Shown piece by piece: positions 1 to 9,966 of a stretch of DNA of 46,378 bases. Origin of the DNA: Thermoplasmatota archaeon. GTDB lineage: Archaea > Thermoplasmatota > E2 > UBA202 > JdFR-43. The position numbers were made by a program, and so were the translations under genes. Below the pieces are notes generated by a model. That model saw nothing but the letters and a program-made list of their open reading frames with translations. It had not been told where the DNA came from and ran no database searches. Each line of letters starts with the position of its first letter. Position 1 is the first letter of the stretch. The DNA is taken from contig JAPDJQ010000059.1 in assembly GCA_029259015.1 (NCBI GenBank), forward strand, positions 1 to 46,378, read 5' to 3'.

Positions 1-585
1 GATTATTTAAAATATGCCCCAACATGGGACATGAAATGGAAACTTGTTAATAGAGAGTTAAAAAATGGTTATGTGATGCTTAGCAAAAATGAGGTGGCAA
101 GATTAATTCAGGAAGCAATAAGAAAGAAGATTTACAATGAGCTTTCATACATTTTTGCCCCCCCAGAAGTCAAAAAAGTGTTTAGAAATGAAATTATTGC
201 CATAAAAAGCAGAATTGCTTTTAAAGACAAAAGAGCAAAAATGAAAGAAGTAAATGCAGATTATTTTCCGCCCTGCATTAAAAGTCTTATTTCTGCTGCC
301 AAATCAGGCATAAATGTGCCTCATGTTGGAAGATTTACAATGGTTACTTTTTTGAATGCAATAGGAATGAGTATAGACGAAATTCTCAAAATATTTTCTT
401 CCTCTCCAGATTTCAATGAAGAGAAGACGCGCTATCAAATAGAGCATATTACTGGGAGGATATCAAGCACTGTCTATGCTCCTCCAAAATGCGATACAAT
501 AAGAACATGGGGTCTGTGTTATCCAGATGAGTATTGCAGGGGAATAAAACATCCTCTCTTTTACTACAGGAGGAGGAGAAAATGA
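1..585 (+). CDS. priL: DNA primase large subunit PriL (5'-partial; frame open from base 1)
   Basis: Fe-S domain motifs FPPCI, H..RF, F...PDFNEEKTRYQIEHI, Y.PPKC..I..WGLC, C..IKHPL..Y; stop overlaps the priS start (ATGA at 582-585). Confidence 0.95.
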   Translation, partial: DYLKYAPTWDMKWKLVNRELKNGYVMLSKNEVARLIQEAIRKKIYNELSYIFAPPEVKKVFRNEIIAIKSRIAFKDKRAKMKEVNADYFPPCIKSLISAAKSGINVPHVGRFTMVTFLNAIGMSIDEILKIFSSSPDFNEEKTRYQIEHITGRISSTVYAPPKCDTIRTWGLCYPDEYCRGIKHPLFYYRRRRK

Positions 586-1718
586 ATTTTTTGAAAAGAA
601 AATTTTATTCATATTATTTACAACCTCACATTGAATTCCCAGATAGAATTGAAAGAAGAGAATATGCATTTATTTTATTTAATGAGGATAGCATGCATCG
701 CCACATTTCCTTTTCTTCAAAAGAAGCTATTCTGACATATTTAAAGGCAAATGTTCCAGCCCATGCCTACTATTCCTCCGCCTATTATCGCACCCCCTCT
801 GCCAGTACAATGAAAGAAAAGCAATGGATGGGAGCAGATTTAATTTTTGATCTGGATGCCGATCATCTGCCAAATATCGAGAATTTAACATATGAAGAAA
901 CTCTGCAAGAAGTAAAGAAAGAATTGCTGAAGCTTCTGTCATTTTTAACAGAAGATTTTGGATTTGGAAAACATGACATAAGAATTTATTTTAGCGGGGG
1001 AAGAGGCTATCATTGCCATATAAGTAATAAAAGTGTCCTGGAATTAGGAAGCCAGGAAAGGAGAGAAATCGTTGATTACATTACTGCTAGAGGGCTAGAG
1101 ATAAAAGAAATTGTTGGAGAAAGAAGCATTTATAAAGATAGATTTGTGGACAAAAGGATAGAAATTTATCCAGACCATGGAGGATGGAAGGGAAGGATAG
1201 CCAGAGGAATAATAAACTTTTTTAAGCAAATAAAAAGCATGGAAAGAGAGGATGCAATAAAAGAATTAATGAAAATAGAAGGAATTGGAAAAAAGATAGC
1301 GGAAGCGCTGTATGATGCTCTTACTGATGAAAGAATGAAAAGAATAGAGAAAGGAATGATTGATCAAGCTTCGGAATTTAGAAGAATTGTGAAGCCATTA
1401 ATAAAAAGACTTGCTGTCTCTTTACACAGCGAGGCAGACGAGCCAGTTACAGCAGATATAAAAAGACTAATAAGATTGCCTGGGAGTCTTCATGGAAAAA
1501 CGGGACTTAAAGTTACAAGAGTAGATATAGATGCAATAGAAGACTTTGATCCTTTAACACATGCAGTTGTATTTGGAGATGATATGATTAAAGTTAATGT
1601 GGAAAAGCCAATTAAAATAAAAATGAAGGAAAATGTTTTTGAACTGGAAAAGGGAGCTGCTACTGTACCAGAATATCTTGCAGTTTTTTTGGTTGCTAGG
1701 AAAATGGCTGTCGCTTAA
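582..1718 (+). CDS. priS: DNA primase catalytic subunit PriS
   Basis: Motifs YYSSAYY, ADLIFDLDAD, FSGGRGYH, DEPVTADIKRLIRLPGSLHGKTG; start placed at ATG 582 (ATGA overlap, GGAGGAG upstream) instead of ORF-track 534. Confidence 0.96.
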   Translation: MNFLKRKFYSYYLQPHIEFPDRIERREYAFILFNEDSMHRHISFSSKEAILTYLKANVPAHAYYSSAYYRTPSASTMKEKQWMGADLIFDLDADHLPNIENLTYEETLQEVKKELLKLLSFLTEDFGFGKHDIRIYFSGGRGYHCHISNKSVLELGSQERREIVDYITARGLEIKEIVGERSIYKDRFVDKRIEIYPDHGGWKGRIARGIINFFKQIKSMEREDAIKELMKIEGIGKKIAEALYDALTDERMKRIEKGMIDQASEFRRIVKPLIKRLAVSLHSEADEPVTADIKRLIRLPGSLHGKTGLKVTRVDIDAIEDFDPLTHAVVFGDDMIKVNVEKPIKIKMKENVFELEKGAATVPEYLAVFLVARKMAVA

Positions 1719-4700
1719 ATTTCCTTAAATTTCTTTTTCATGTATACTGCTCCAACTACAACAGCTGCCACCAAAAATGCTATGACATATAAGCCAAAGC
1801 CCTTTTCTTTTATTTCATGTGGATATTCTGTTGCTCCAAATAATGCATGTCCATCTATGACTTCATAGCTTTCTATTGCATCTGGCTTTTCCCATGAATA
1901 TAATGGACTCCATACCTTCAGATCTGGGTCGCCGAAATAACAGACATTCTCCTTTATATCCCACCACCACTGCTTGGTTAGATATCCTATGCCTGTATGC
2001 ATTATTCCATTAGTGAATGCCTCTCCAACAGTTTTGCCTAATGCTATATCTCTGGCAAACATTTCCATGGCAAAGGCAGAATACCAGGATGTTTCCCATG
2101 GATCTATAACCTGAAATACAGAGCCATGCCTTACCAGTGTCAAATGCAAATATGTATTGGAAATTAGACATGAACCAGCATTAAAACCACATGAATGAAT
2201 GTTGCCCAAAGCTTTATCCATGTCATAGCCAGTATAATCCTTTGTTCTAAGCCTTCCAAACAGCACTGTTATAATATTTCCATCATATCCTGCTTTTTGT
2301 CCAATCCATGTATTCTTTATTATTGGTATGTCGCTCAGCCTTGCAGGAACAATATCCACACCAAGCAATTTACTCTGCGACAATACATCTGGTTCTTCAG
2401 TACTTCCATCCAGATAGCCAGGCAAGTAAATCTCATAGCCACGCCATGGATTTGGCTCGATGGTGGGCAAACTGATATTTATTCCAAAGAATCCCGGCAC
2501 TCCATATGGATCCCAGAATGACAAGCTACCAGAACCACCATGCCATCCATGCGTACATTCAAGCCACATTATGACACCGCGATTCAAATTCTCCATGGTA
2601 GCAGAAAAGTTAGTTGTAAAGGCAATGTCATAGCCTGCTTTTTCAAGATAAAATGGAACTATCTCGCTTTCTGTCAAATCTGGCCAGTATGCACCATATT
2701 TTCCATATTTGGCTAAAACATTATTATCTATTGGATTATTAGATGGCTCATAATATGGAGTCACACCACTTGCACATGTATAATTGAAGCCCCAATATTT
2801 GCTGGCTCTTTCATTAAAGCGATGACAATATGTAATCCATGAATTCAGCACTGGATAATAGAATTGTTCTTCTTGGCTCGGCTTGAGTATTTTTAAAGCG
2901 CCACTTGGCATCCTAACGCTTTTACTTCCATTGATGAGCATTATTCCCTGCTTGCTTAAAGCAGGATTTGCAAATATTACAGCAGGATAGAAAACGCTCC
3001 TGCATATCCAGTAGGATGTATCAACTGGCGAGCCCATTATTCTGCCAGAATAGGCAACGCCTACAAGCATTCTGTCCCATGGCGTACCAATATCAAATTG
3101 TCCTGCAACTGTTATAATGCTTTCTATTTCTCCTGGCTCATCTAGACCAACGCTGCCTAGAAAATCATATACTTCCTTGCCACTCAGATACATTGCTGCG
3201 ATATTTGGCTCCTCATCTCTTATAGCATGCTTCTTCCACCATTCATTATGCCATACCACCGCCTTTGATAACTGGCTATGCATATCAACAGCTATTAATG
3301 GCGCTCCATGATGAGCAGCAAGATAGGCAGCAGGCGCAACATATAATGCGCCATTTTTCTCCCCCTCTGGCTTTAATTTTTCTACAAGCCAGTAGCTCCA
3401 GGGATCGATGGTTGTGAAAACAATATCATTTTCCTGAGTTGTGTTCCTTATTTCCTTATAGAGAGGTATGAGGTCATTGAATTCTTTTTTAATGTCCACC
3501 ATTGTCCCAATTTCTTCTTTAACACTTGATTTTCCTCCTATATCTATGAAATATATGTTTCTTACTCCTAGTTTTTTCATTGTTTCTATAACAGAATCTG
3601 GCACTTCATCTGGCTTTACATATAGCAAAGGAGCATTGATTAAAGAAGCGTAAACAGCTCCTTCAGCAGCATTCATTATATAATTTGCCTGTTTCTCTGG
3701 CAGCTTGCATTCCCAAGAATATTTGAGAGTGTAGCTAATTGAGGAATTTGCCTCTGTTAACTGAATAATAACTGCCTTATATTTTCCCTCGCCTAACTGA
3801 TCTAGATGTAACTTCTGCTTTGATGTGTTTGTTTCTGTTGCTACTCCTACAGCAACATTATTTTCATCTACAATTATAAGGCCGAGTTTTCCATCTCCCT
3901 TCCAAGATAATTCAAAATCAACATTTCTTGCCATGAAAGGCGGCACATCTGGAAGCTCAATTTCCTCTCCTGGATATAGTTGCAAATCAATATAATATGT
4001 AACCTTTCCAGTAAGCATATCTTTTGCTCTCTGCCCTATTGTGCCATGCCTCTCCCCAAATATACCCTTTGTTGGAATGTCCACAATGGCTGCTTTCCAT
4101 TTTCCTGGATTATACACATATGTTTCAAGCTCTTCATATGGCCCAACTAAAATATTCCAGTTTTCTGAGGAAGCTACTTGCATTAACTCGTCTTCATAAT
4201 AACAATAAAGCTGCAAATCAGGATCTGCAGCAGGGATTGTTAAGCCTCCTTGTAACAAACCGAGGGTTGCTAAAAACATAATATTTGGCAGCCAGCTTAC
4301 AGATGGCCAGTATAAATCAGCTTTTATATATTTATATTCAGGGGGAACGTAAAAATCGCTGTATTGCGGAGCTATTGAATCCTGTTTTACTCCTGTCAGA
4401 GTTATTTCTTTTATTTCCTTTGGAGAAATTGTCCCGCTTACTTGATTTTCTGTCCTATTATAACTGCCATATAAAACATCCCCAACAACTGCAACAACAG
4501 CTTCTTTACTATAACTCCAGTCATGCAGGGCAATTTTACTTGCTATTTCATAAATATCATTGCTCTTTATTACCGTATAATTGTCTGCTTTCCAAGGTTT
4601 CTCATCCACATTTATATATTCTATCTCCTTAAACTTTCCAGAATAAATCTTCCAATCCTCCATAAAGTAGTCCAATCCTTGGCGGGCATTCAAGGAAAGC

Positions 4701-4984
4701 TCTTCTTCTTTCCCTTTCCTATAATCATCATAGAAAAGGAGAGGATATGAATATATTCTTCCAGTACTTTTATCATAAAATACGCTTGCTGGTATCGCCG
4801 CCATATAAGCAAAATCATCCACCAAGCCATTCTCATCAAATTTTACAAATGTTGCCTTTTTCACAGGCACTACTTTTGCCCAGGAAACCCCTTCGAATCC
4901 AGATGGCAATTCTTCTATATCTTCTGCTATGGTTGGTAAGATAAACATTGAAACTATGATCAAAGGAATAACCTTGCGCAGCAT
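1715..4984 (-). CDS. Secreted, C-terminally membrane-anchored protein with CWB2-like repeats, PPC-like inserts and a gingipain (C25)-like peptidase region
   Basis: N-terminal signal peptide; CWB2-like motifs (AVYASLINAPLLYV..PDEVP...IGG; AAYLAAHHGAPLIAV; YEIASKIA..W); C25-like motifs THG, GSCL, GKTVGEAF, YFGDPDL; C-terminal TM followed by KKKFK. Confidence 0.65.
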   Translation of the reverse strand: MLRKVIPLIIVSMFILPTIAEDIEELPSGFEGVSWAKVVPVKKATFVKFDENGLVDDFAYMAAIPASVFYDKSTGRIYSYPLLFYDDYRKGKEEELSLNARQGLDYFMEDWKIYSGKFKEIEYINVDEKPWKADNYTVIKSNDIYEIASKIALHDWSYSKEAVVAVVGDVLYGSYNRTENQVSGTISPKEIKEITLTGVKQDSIAPQYSDFYVPPEYKYIKADLYWPSVSWLPNIMFLATLGLLQGGLTIPAADPDLQLYCYYEDELMQVASSENWNILVGPYEELETYVYNPGKWKAAIVDIPTKGIFGERHGTIGQRAKDMLTGKVTYYIDLQLYPGEEIELPDVPPFMARNVDFELSWKGDGKLGLIIVDENNVAVGVATETNTSKQKLHLDQLGEGKYKAVIIQLTEANSSISYTLKYSWECKLPEKQANYIMNAAEGAVYASLINAPLLYVKPDEVPDSVIETMKKLGVRNIYFIDIGGKSSVKEEIGTMVDIKKEFNDLIPLYKEIRNTTQENDIVFTTIDPWSYWLVEKLKPEGEKNGALYVAPAAYLAAHHGAPLIAVDMHSQLSKAVVWHNEWWKKHAIRDEEPNIAAMYLSGKEVYDFLGSVGLDEPGEIESIITVAGQFDIGTPWDRMLVGVAYSGRIMGSPVDTSYWICRSVFYPAVIFANPALSKQGIMLINGSKSVRMPSGALKILKPSQEEQFYYPVLNSWITYCHRFNERASKYWGFNYTCASGVTPYYEPSNNPIDNNVLAKYGKYGAYWPDLTESEIVPFYLEKAGYDIAFTTNFSATMENLNRGVIMWLECTHGWHGGSGSLSFWDPYGVPGFFGINISLPTIEPNPWRGYEIYLPGYLDGSTEEPDVLSQSKLLGVDIVPARLSDIPIIKNTWIGQKAGYDGNIITVLFGRLRTKDYTGYDMDKALGNIHSCGFNAGSCLISNTYLHLTLVRHGSVFQVIDPWETSWYSAFAMEMFARDIALGKTVGEAFTNGIMHTGIGYLTKQWWWDIKENVCYFGDPDLKVWSPLYSWEKPDAIESYEVIDGHALFGATEYPHEIKEKGFGLYVIAFLVAAVVVGAVYMKKKFKEI

Positions 4985-5032
4985 GGTAAATAAATGAGAT
5001 ATTAATATTTAAGTATTTCATGTATTATCTTT
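4985..5032. promoter_or_regulatory. Compact divergent promoter region, probably leaderless transcripts
   Basis: Only 48 bp between divergent ATGs; AT-rich TATA-like core ATATTAATATTTAAGTA about 20-30 nt from both starts. Confidence 0.5.
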
Positions 5033-5572
5033 ATGCTAAGCTATTCAAAACTCCGTAATATTGAACAAAGAGAGAAGGCATCTCCCTTTTTAACAGACAT
5101 AGGTCCAGATTTTTATAAGCAGGCAATTCAGCATATAAAAGAACTTGAGGAAAGAGTAGAGGAGGAAAAAATAAAAAATCCTGCATCTAAAAAACTTGTT
5201 TTGCTTGCAGATGAGTTAAGAAATACCAAAAGAGTTTGGGAAAATATATTTGAAAGAAGAGAGAAAAAGATTGTACTGGCTGCTCTATCAGCAGTAAGAG
5301 GCGGCAAGGCAATACCTGAAAATTTAACAAGAGAGGAAAAGGTATTTTATGATGCGCTAGTAAGTCTATTGAAAGAGCACAGGAAAAGAATTTTTGAAAA
5401 TCAAGAAAAAGAATTTGTGATAGTTAGAATTACAGAAGACATTCCTCAATTTGTGGGAAGCGATATGAAAAAATATAGCTTAAAAAAAGAAGATGTTATT
5501 TCTCTGCCTCCAGATGTGGCAAAAGTTCTTTTAGCAAGAGGGGCGGCGGAGGAAATTAAGGCGGATTTTTGA
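5033..5572 (+). CDS. gins: DNA replication factor GINS (Gins15/Gins51 type)
   Basis: Helical A domain (L..I.PDFY, IFERREKKIV..A) plus C-terminal B domain VRITEDIPQFVGSDMKKYSLKKEDVISLP...A.VLL.RG; lies near priS as is common in archaea. Confidence 0.88.
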   Translation: MLSYSKLRNIEQREKASPFLTDIGPDFYKQAIQHIKELEERVEEEKIKNPASKKLVLLADELRNTKRVWENIFERREKKIVLAALSAVRGGKAIPENLTREEKVFYDALVSLLKEHRKRIFENQEKEFVIVRITEDIPQFVGSDMKKYSLKKEDVISLPPDVAKVLLARGAAEEIKADF

Positions 5573-6284
5573 TTTCTTCCAGAAGCTTTGACATTATCTC
5601 TCCTGCTTTGCCTCTCAGCTTATAATCTGCAATATGACTTATCATTGTGTCTTCTCTATTTATTTCAATAATAGTTGCTCCTTTTCTTTTTGCTATTAAA
5701 GGAAGCTCAGCAGCTGGATAAACAACACAGGATGTTCCTATTACAAGCATTAAATCACATCTATTTGCCATATCAAATGCTTTTACTAATGCATCTCTTG
5801 GAATTGCTTCACCAAAGAAAATTATATCTGGTTTGATTATTCCCTCTCATTTGCACTTTGGAGGTAATTCTTCCAGATTTATTTCATCTATGCCATATTT
5901 TGCTCCACATTTCATACATGTAAGCCTGTTAAAATTTCCATGAAATTCGATTACATTTTTACTTCCCGCTTTTTGATGCAAGTTATCTATATTCTGGGTT
6001 ATCACCGCCTTTAATATGCCTTCCTTTTCCAGTTCAGCCAGAGCATAATGGGCAGGATTTGGCTCCACATCTTTAAAAGTCAATAGCATCTCTGCCAGCA
6101 TTTTCCATACTTTGGCTGGATTTGCCATAAAATTTTCTATGTAGCCATATTCATTTATGTCGTATCTGCTCCATAATCCATTTTTGCTTCTAAAATCTGG
6201 AATGCCCGATTCTGTTGAAATTCCTGCTCCTGTCAAAGCTATTGCAAATTTTGCCTCCTTTATTTTTTCTGCGACCTCCTTCAT
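5556..6284 (-). pseudogene. cobB: NAD-dependent protein deacylase (Sir2/CobB) with one in-frame TGA at 5847-5849 (nonsense allele, read-through or sequence error)
   Basis: GAGISTESGIPDFR, TQNIDNLHQKAG, EFHG, CMKC, then PKCK-TGA-EGIIKPDIIFFGE, GTSCVVYPAA, EIN; the ORF-track pieces 5847-6284 and 5556-5771 are in the same frame (242 codons total). Confidence 0.85.
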
Positions 6285-7531
6285 GTTCCTTCCTTCCAGC
6301 TTTTCATATACTTTATCTGCTCCCTCGTAAGCTTATCTATTTTTATGCCCATTGTCTTCAATTTTCTTTTTGCTACTTCTCTGTCTATTTCCTCCGGCAC
6401 TCCATAAACTTTGTTCTTCAATTTGCCTTTATTTTTAACAAGCCATTTTACAGCCAAAGCCTGATTAGCAAATGACATATCCATTACATCTGGAGGATGT
6501 CCTTCAGCAGCAGCCAGATTCACAAGCCTTCCTTCTGCCAGCAGATAAATTTTTCTCCCATCTTGCAGTGTGTATTGAGTTACATTTTCTCTTATTTCTT
6601 CCTTGCTAACTGCATTTTCTTCAAGCCACTTAACATTTATTTCATTATCAAAATGGCCTGAGTTGGCAAGTACAGCACCATCTTTCATTCTTTTGATTGC
6701 ATCTCCATCAATAACATGCTTATTACCTGTTACAGTAACAAAAATATCTCCTATTTTAGCTGCCTCCTTCATGGGCATCACTTGAAAACCATCCATGGCA
6801 GCTTCTAAAGCTTTAATTTCATCTATTTCGCACACTATAACCTTTGCTCCCATCCCTCTTGCTCTATTAGCCAAGCCTTTTCCACACCATCCGTAGCCAG
6901 CAACAACAAAATTTTTGCCAGCAAGTAATAAAGAAGTTGCCCTCAATATTCCGTCTATTGTTGACTGACCTGTTCCATATCTATTGTCAAAGAAATGCTT
7001 TGTCATTGCATCATTTACTGCTATGATAGGATAGTGTAATATGCCTTCTTTTTCCATCACGCGCTGCCTGTTAACGCCTGTTGTTGTTTCCTCTGTGCCG
7101 CCTATAACATATTTAAGCAAATCTTTTTGCTCTGTATGCAATGTGGTAATCAAATCTCCTCCATCATCCATTGTAACATGGGGCTTTATTTTCAGAACTT
7201 GCTCAATGCACCAGTAATATTCCTTATTATTTCCACGCCATGCATATACAGCTATACCATTTTTTGCGAGGTATGCAGCTACACTATCATTTGTTGAAAG
7301 AGGGTTAGAGCCAGCTAAAGCGACTTTAGCTCCTCCTGCCTTTAAAGTTTTTATCAGCACAGCCGTCTCTTTTGTCACATGGAGGCATGCAGCTATTCTT
7401 ACTCCTTTCAATGGCTTCTCCTTCTCAAAATCTTTTCTTATATCCATTAAAACCGGCATATGCTGCTCAGCCCATCTTACAAGTTTTTCTCCTTCATCTG
7501 CCAACTTTATGTCCTTCACTTTATATTCCAT
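6281..7531 (-). CDS. ahcY: Adenosylhomocysteinase
   Basis: [65 protein letters not shown]. Confidence 0.98.
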   Translation of the reverse strand: MEYKVKDIKLADEGEKLVRWAEQHMPVLMDIRKDFEKEKPLKGVRIAACLHVTKETAVLIKTLKAGGAKVALAGSNPLSTNDSVAAYLAKNGIAVYAWRGNNKEYYWCIEQVLKIKPHVTMDDGGDLITTLHTEQKDLLKYVIGGTEETTTGVNRQRVMEKEGILHYPIIAVNDAMTKHFFDNRYGTGQSTIDGILRATSLLLAGKNFVVAGYGWCGKGLANRARGMGAKVIVCEIDEIKALEAAMDGFQVMPMKEAAKIGDIFVTVTGNKHVIDGDAIKRMKDGAVLANSGHFDNEINVKWLEENAVSKEEIRENVTQYTLQDGRKIYLLAEGRLVNLAAAEGHPPDVMDMSFANQALAVKWLVKNKGKLKNKVYGVPEEIDREVAKRKLKTMGIKIDKLTREQIKYMKSWKEGT

Positions 7532-7685
7532 GGATGGAAAACAGAACCAAGTTTAAATTATTTTGTTGCAATTTCAACAAATTTCAGATACAAAAATACT
7601 GTATTTTTCCATATTCCAGTCATCATTTATCAAAACTTTTTAATAAACCTTTTTGTTTTACTTTAAAAGTTTGAGGGTGGTATTC

Positions 7686-8795
7686 ATGAAGAAAATTGTT
7701 GAAGAAGCTATTGCGAGAGCGGGAAATAATGAAACTGTAACATTATCTGAGGAGGATCTAAGAGAAATGGAAGAAAGAAATAAGGAGCTGGAAGAAGTTC
7801 TGGCAGGGTTAACAACAAACATAAAAGTGGTTGGCTGTGGAGGAGCTGGAACAAACACCATAGAAAGATGTTTTGAAGCAAAAATATATGGAGCAGAACT
7901 AATCGCCATAAACACCGATGCTCAACATCTTTTGCATGCAAAAGTTCCTCATAAAATTCTCATAGGCAAACACGTCACAAAAGGCTTGGGAGCTGGCTCA
8001 TTGCCAGAAAAAGGAAGAGAAGCAGCTATCGAAAGCGAGAATGAAATTAAGAAAGTGCTCGAAGGAGCTGATATTGTTTTTATCACCTGCGGACTTGGCG
8101 GCGGAACAGGCACAGGCTCAGCCCCAATAGTGGCAAGGATTTCAAAGGAAATAGGTGCCCTGACTCTTGCAATAGTAACGCTTCCTTTTAGTGTAGAAGG
8201 ACGTGTGAGAAAGGAAAATGCTGAAATGGGTCTCGCACGTCTTAAAGATATAGCCGACACTGTCATAGTCATCCCAAATGATAAATTGCTGGAAATAGCT
8301 CCTCGTTTGCCCTTGAACAAGGCATTTAAGGTGGCAGATGAGATTTTAATGAGGAGTATTAAGGGAATAACTGAAATGATTACAAAGCCTGGCTTAATTA
8401 ATCTTGATTTTGCTGACTTAAAGACAATAATGAAGCAGGGAGGAGTTGCGATGATTGGACTTGGAGAATCTGATAGCGAGAATAGAGCTGTAGATGCAGT
8501 AAATGAGGCTTTGTCATCTCCATTGCTAGATGTGGATATAAGTGAAGCTTCTGGCGCTCTAGTAAATGTGATTGGCGGAGAGGACATGACAATAAAAGAG
8601 GCAGAAGGAGTTGTGGAAGAAATTTACTCCCGCATTAATCCAGATGCAACAATAATCTGGGGAGCAGGGATTGATCCGAGCTTAAAGAGCACAATAAAAG
8701 TAATGATTGTGCTTACTGGCGTCAAATCAAAGCAGATTTTAGGACCTTCTACTGAAATAGAAGAGAAAGAATATGGAATAGATATGATAAGATAA
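7686..8795 (+). CDS. ftsZ: Cell division protein FtsZ (FtsZ1 type)
   Basis: [17 protein letters not shown], tubulin signature [15 protein letters not shown]; start ATG 7686 follows GAGGGTG; first gene of the ftsZ-secE-spt5-rpl11 cluster. Confidence 0.97.
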   Translation: MKKIVEEAIARAGNNETVTLSEEDLREMEERNKELEEVLAGLTTNIKVVGCGGAGTNTIERCFEAKIYGAELIAINTDAQHLLHAKVPHKILIGKHVTKGLGAGSLPEKGREAAIESENEIKKVLEGADIVFITCGLGGGTGTGSAPIVARISKEIGALTLAIVTLPFSVEGRVRKENAEMGLARLKDIADTVIVIPNDKLLEIAPRLPLNKAFKVADEILMRSIKGITEMITKPGLINLDFADLKTIMKQGGVAMIGLGESDSENRAVDAVNEALSSPLLDVDISEASGALVNVIGGEDMTIKEAEGVVEEIYSRINPDATIIWGAGIDPSLKSTIKVMIVLTGVKSKQILGPSTEIEEKEYGIDMIR

Positions 8796-8797
8796 AC

Positions 8798-9037
8798 ATG
8801 AAGCTGATAGATAAAGCGTGGGAAGTACAGCGTAAAATAGAGCAGCGTTTCCAGCGAATAGGCAAAGGAAAGTATGGGCGAGTATTCAAAATGGCTCGCA
8901 ATCCTGATCCAGATGAATACACAAAAACTGCTCAGATGACTGCCATTGGAATTTTAATCATTGGAATCATTGGCTTCACAATTTTCATTCTGGCAACTGA
9001 AGTTGCGCCATGGATTGCTGAGAAAATAGGGATTTAA
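8798..9037 (+). CDS. secE: Protein translocase subunit SecE / Sec61 gamma
   Basis: YGRVFKMARNPDPDEY followed by TM GILIIGIIGFTIF; conserved position between ftsZ and spt5. Confidence 0.93.
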   Translation: MKLIDKAWEVQRKIEQRFQRIGKGKYGRVFKMARNPDPDEYTKTAQMTAIGILIIGIIGFTIFILATEVAPWIAEKIGI

Positions 9038-9038
9038 T

Positions 9039-9485
9039 ATGACAAAGATTTTCGTAATTAAAACACAGGTTGGTCAGGAAGAAAACGTTGCAAATTTATT
9101 TGAGAAAGCGAGTAAAAGAACTGGAAAGATTTATGCCATACTTGCTCCAAAAGAGTTAAGAGGTTACATTTTTGTTGAAGGCGAGGATATAGAAACTATA
9201 AAGAGAATAATAAGACACATGAGATATGCAAGAGATGTGCTTGATCAGGACATAAAAATAGAGGAGATAGAGCATTTTCTGTTCCCGCCTTCTGCAGTTG
9301 CGAATATAGAAGAAGGAATGATTGTCGAATTAATAAGTGGGCCATTTAAAGGTGAAAAGGCTAAAGTTACTCGCATTGATGATGCAAAAGAAGAGATTAC
9401 AGTCGAGCTATTAGATGCAATGGTTCCAATTCCCATCACAGTTAGAGGAGAACAGGTTAGAATACTGAAGAAAGAGGAGGATTAA
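9039..9485 (+). CDS. spt5: Transcription elongation factor Spt5 (NusG)
   Basis: NGN domain (T.VGQE, LRGYIFVE) and KOW motif VELISGPFKGEKAKV. Confidence 0.96.
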   Translation: MTKIFVIKTQVGQEENVANLFEKASKRTGKIYAILAPKELRGYIFVEGEDIETIKRIIRHMRYARDVLDQDIKIEEIEHFLFPPSAVANIEEGMIVELISGPFKGEKAKVTRIDDAKEEITVELLDAMVPIPITVRGEQVRILKKEED

Positions 9486-9486
9486 A

Positions 9487-9966
9487 ATGGCAGAAGAAGT
9501 GGAAGTTTTAGTTGAAGGCGGAAAGGCTACAGCAGGTCCACCAATAGGCCCAGCTTTAGGCCCTCTAGGCTTAAATGTGGTAGAAGTAGTGAAGAAAATA
9601 AACGAACTTACAAAAGATTTCCAGGGAATGAAAGTACCAGTTAAAATAATCGTTGACCCAGCAACAAAAAATTATGAGCTTAAGGTGGGCACACCACCAG
9701 CATCTGCGTTGATCATGAAAAGAGCGAATATTGAAAAAGGGTCATCAGATACAACTGCACCAGTAGGCAACATAACAATGAAAGATGTCATAGATATTGC
9801 AAAGATGAAAAAGAATGATTTAATGGGCAAAGATTTGAAGGCGAAAGCAAAAGAAATCGTAGGAACATGCGTTTCCATGGGAGTAACTATAGAAGGCATG
9901 AACGCAAAAGAAGTAATTAAAAAAATAGAAGAAGGAGAGTTCGACGAACTCTTTAAAGAGGATTGA
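9487..9966 (+). CDS. rpl11: 50S ribosomal protein uL11
   Basis: GGKATAGPPIGPALGPLG, GTPPASALI, EIVGTCVSMGV. Confidence 0.97.
   Translation: MAEEVEVLVEGGKATAGPPIGPALGPLGLNVVEVVKKINELTKDFQGMKVPVKIIVDPATKNYELKVGTPPASALIMKRANIEKGSSDTTAPVGNITMKDVIDIAKMKKNDLMGKDLKAKAKEIVGTCVSMGVTIEGMNAKEVIKKIEEGEFDELFKED

Noticed and set aside
5556-6284. Sir2 as part of a Sir2-HerA defence system with the HerA remnant
   Set aside because: About 40 kb apart; this is a housekeeping CobB-type sirtuin with a Zn module, coupled to ahcY
7949-8587. 212-aa antisense ORF and the many other 60-190 aa overlapping ORFs in the track
   Set aside because: Shadow frames of well-supported genes, with no motifs
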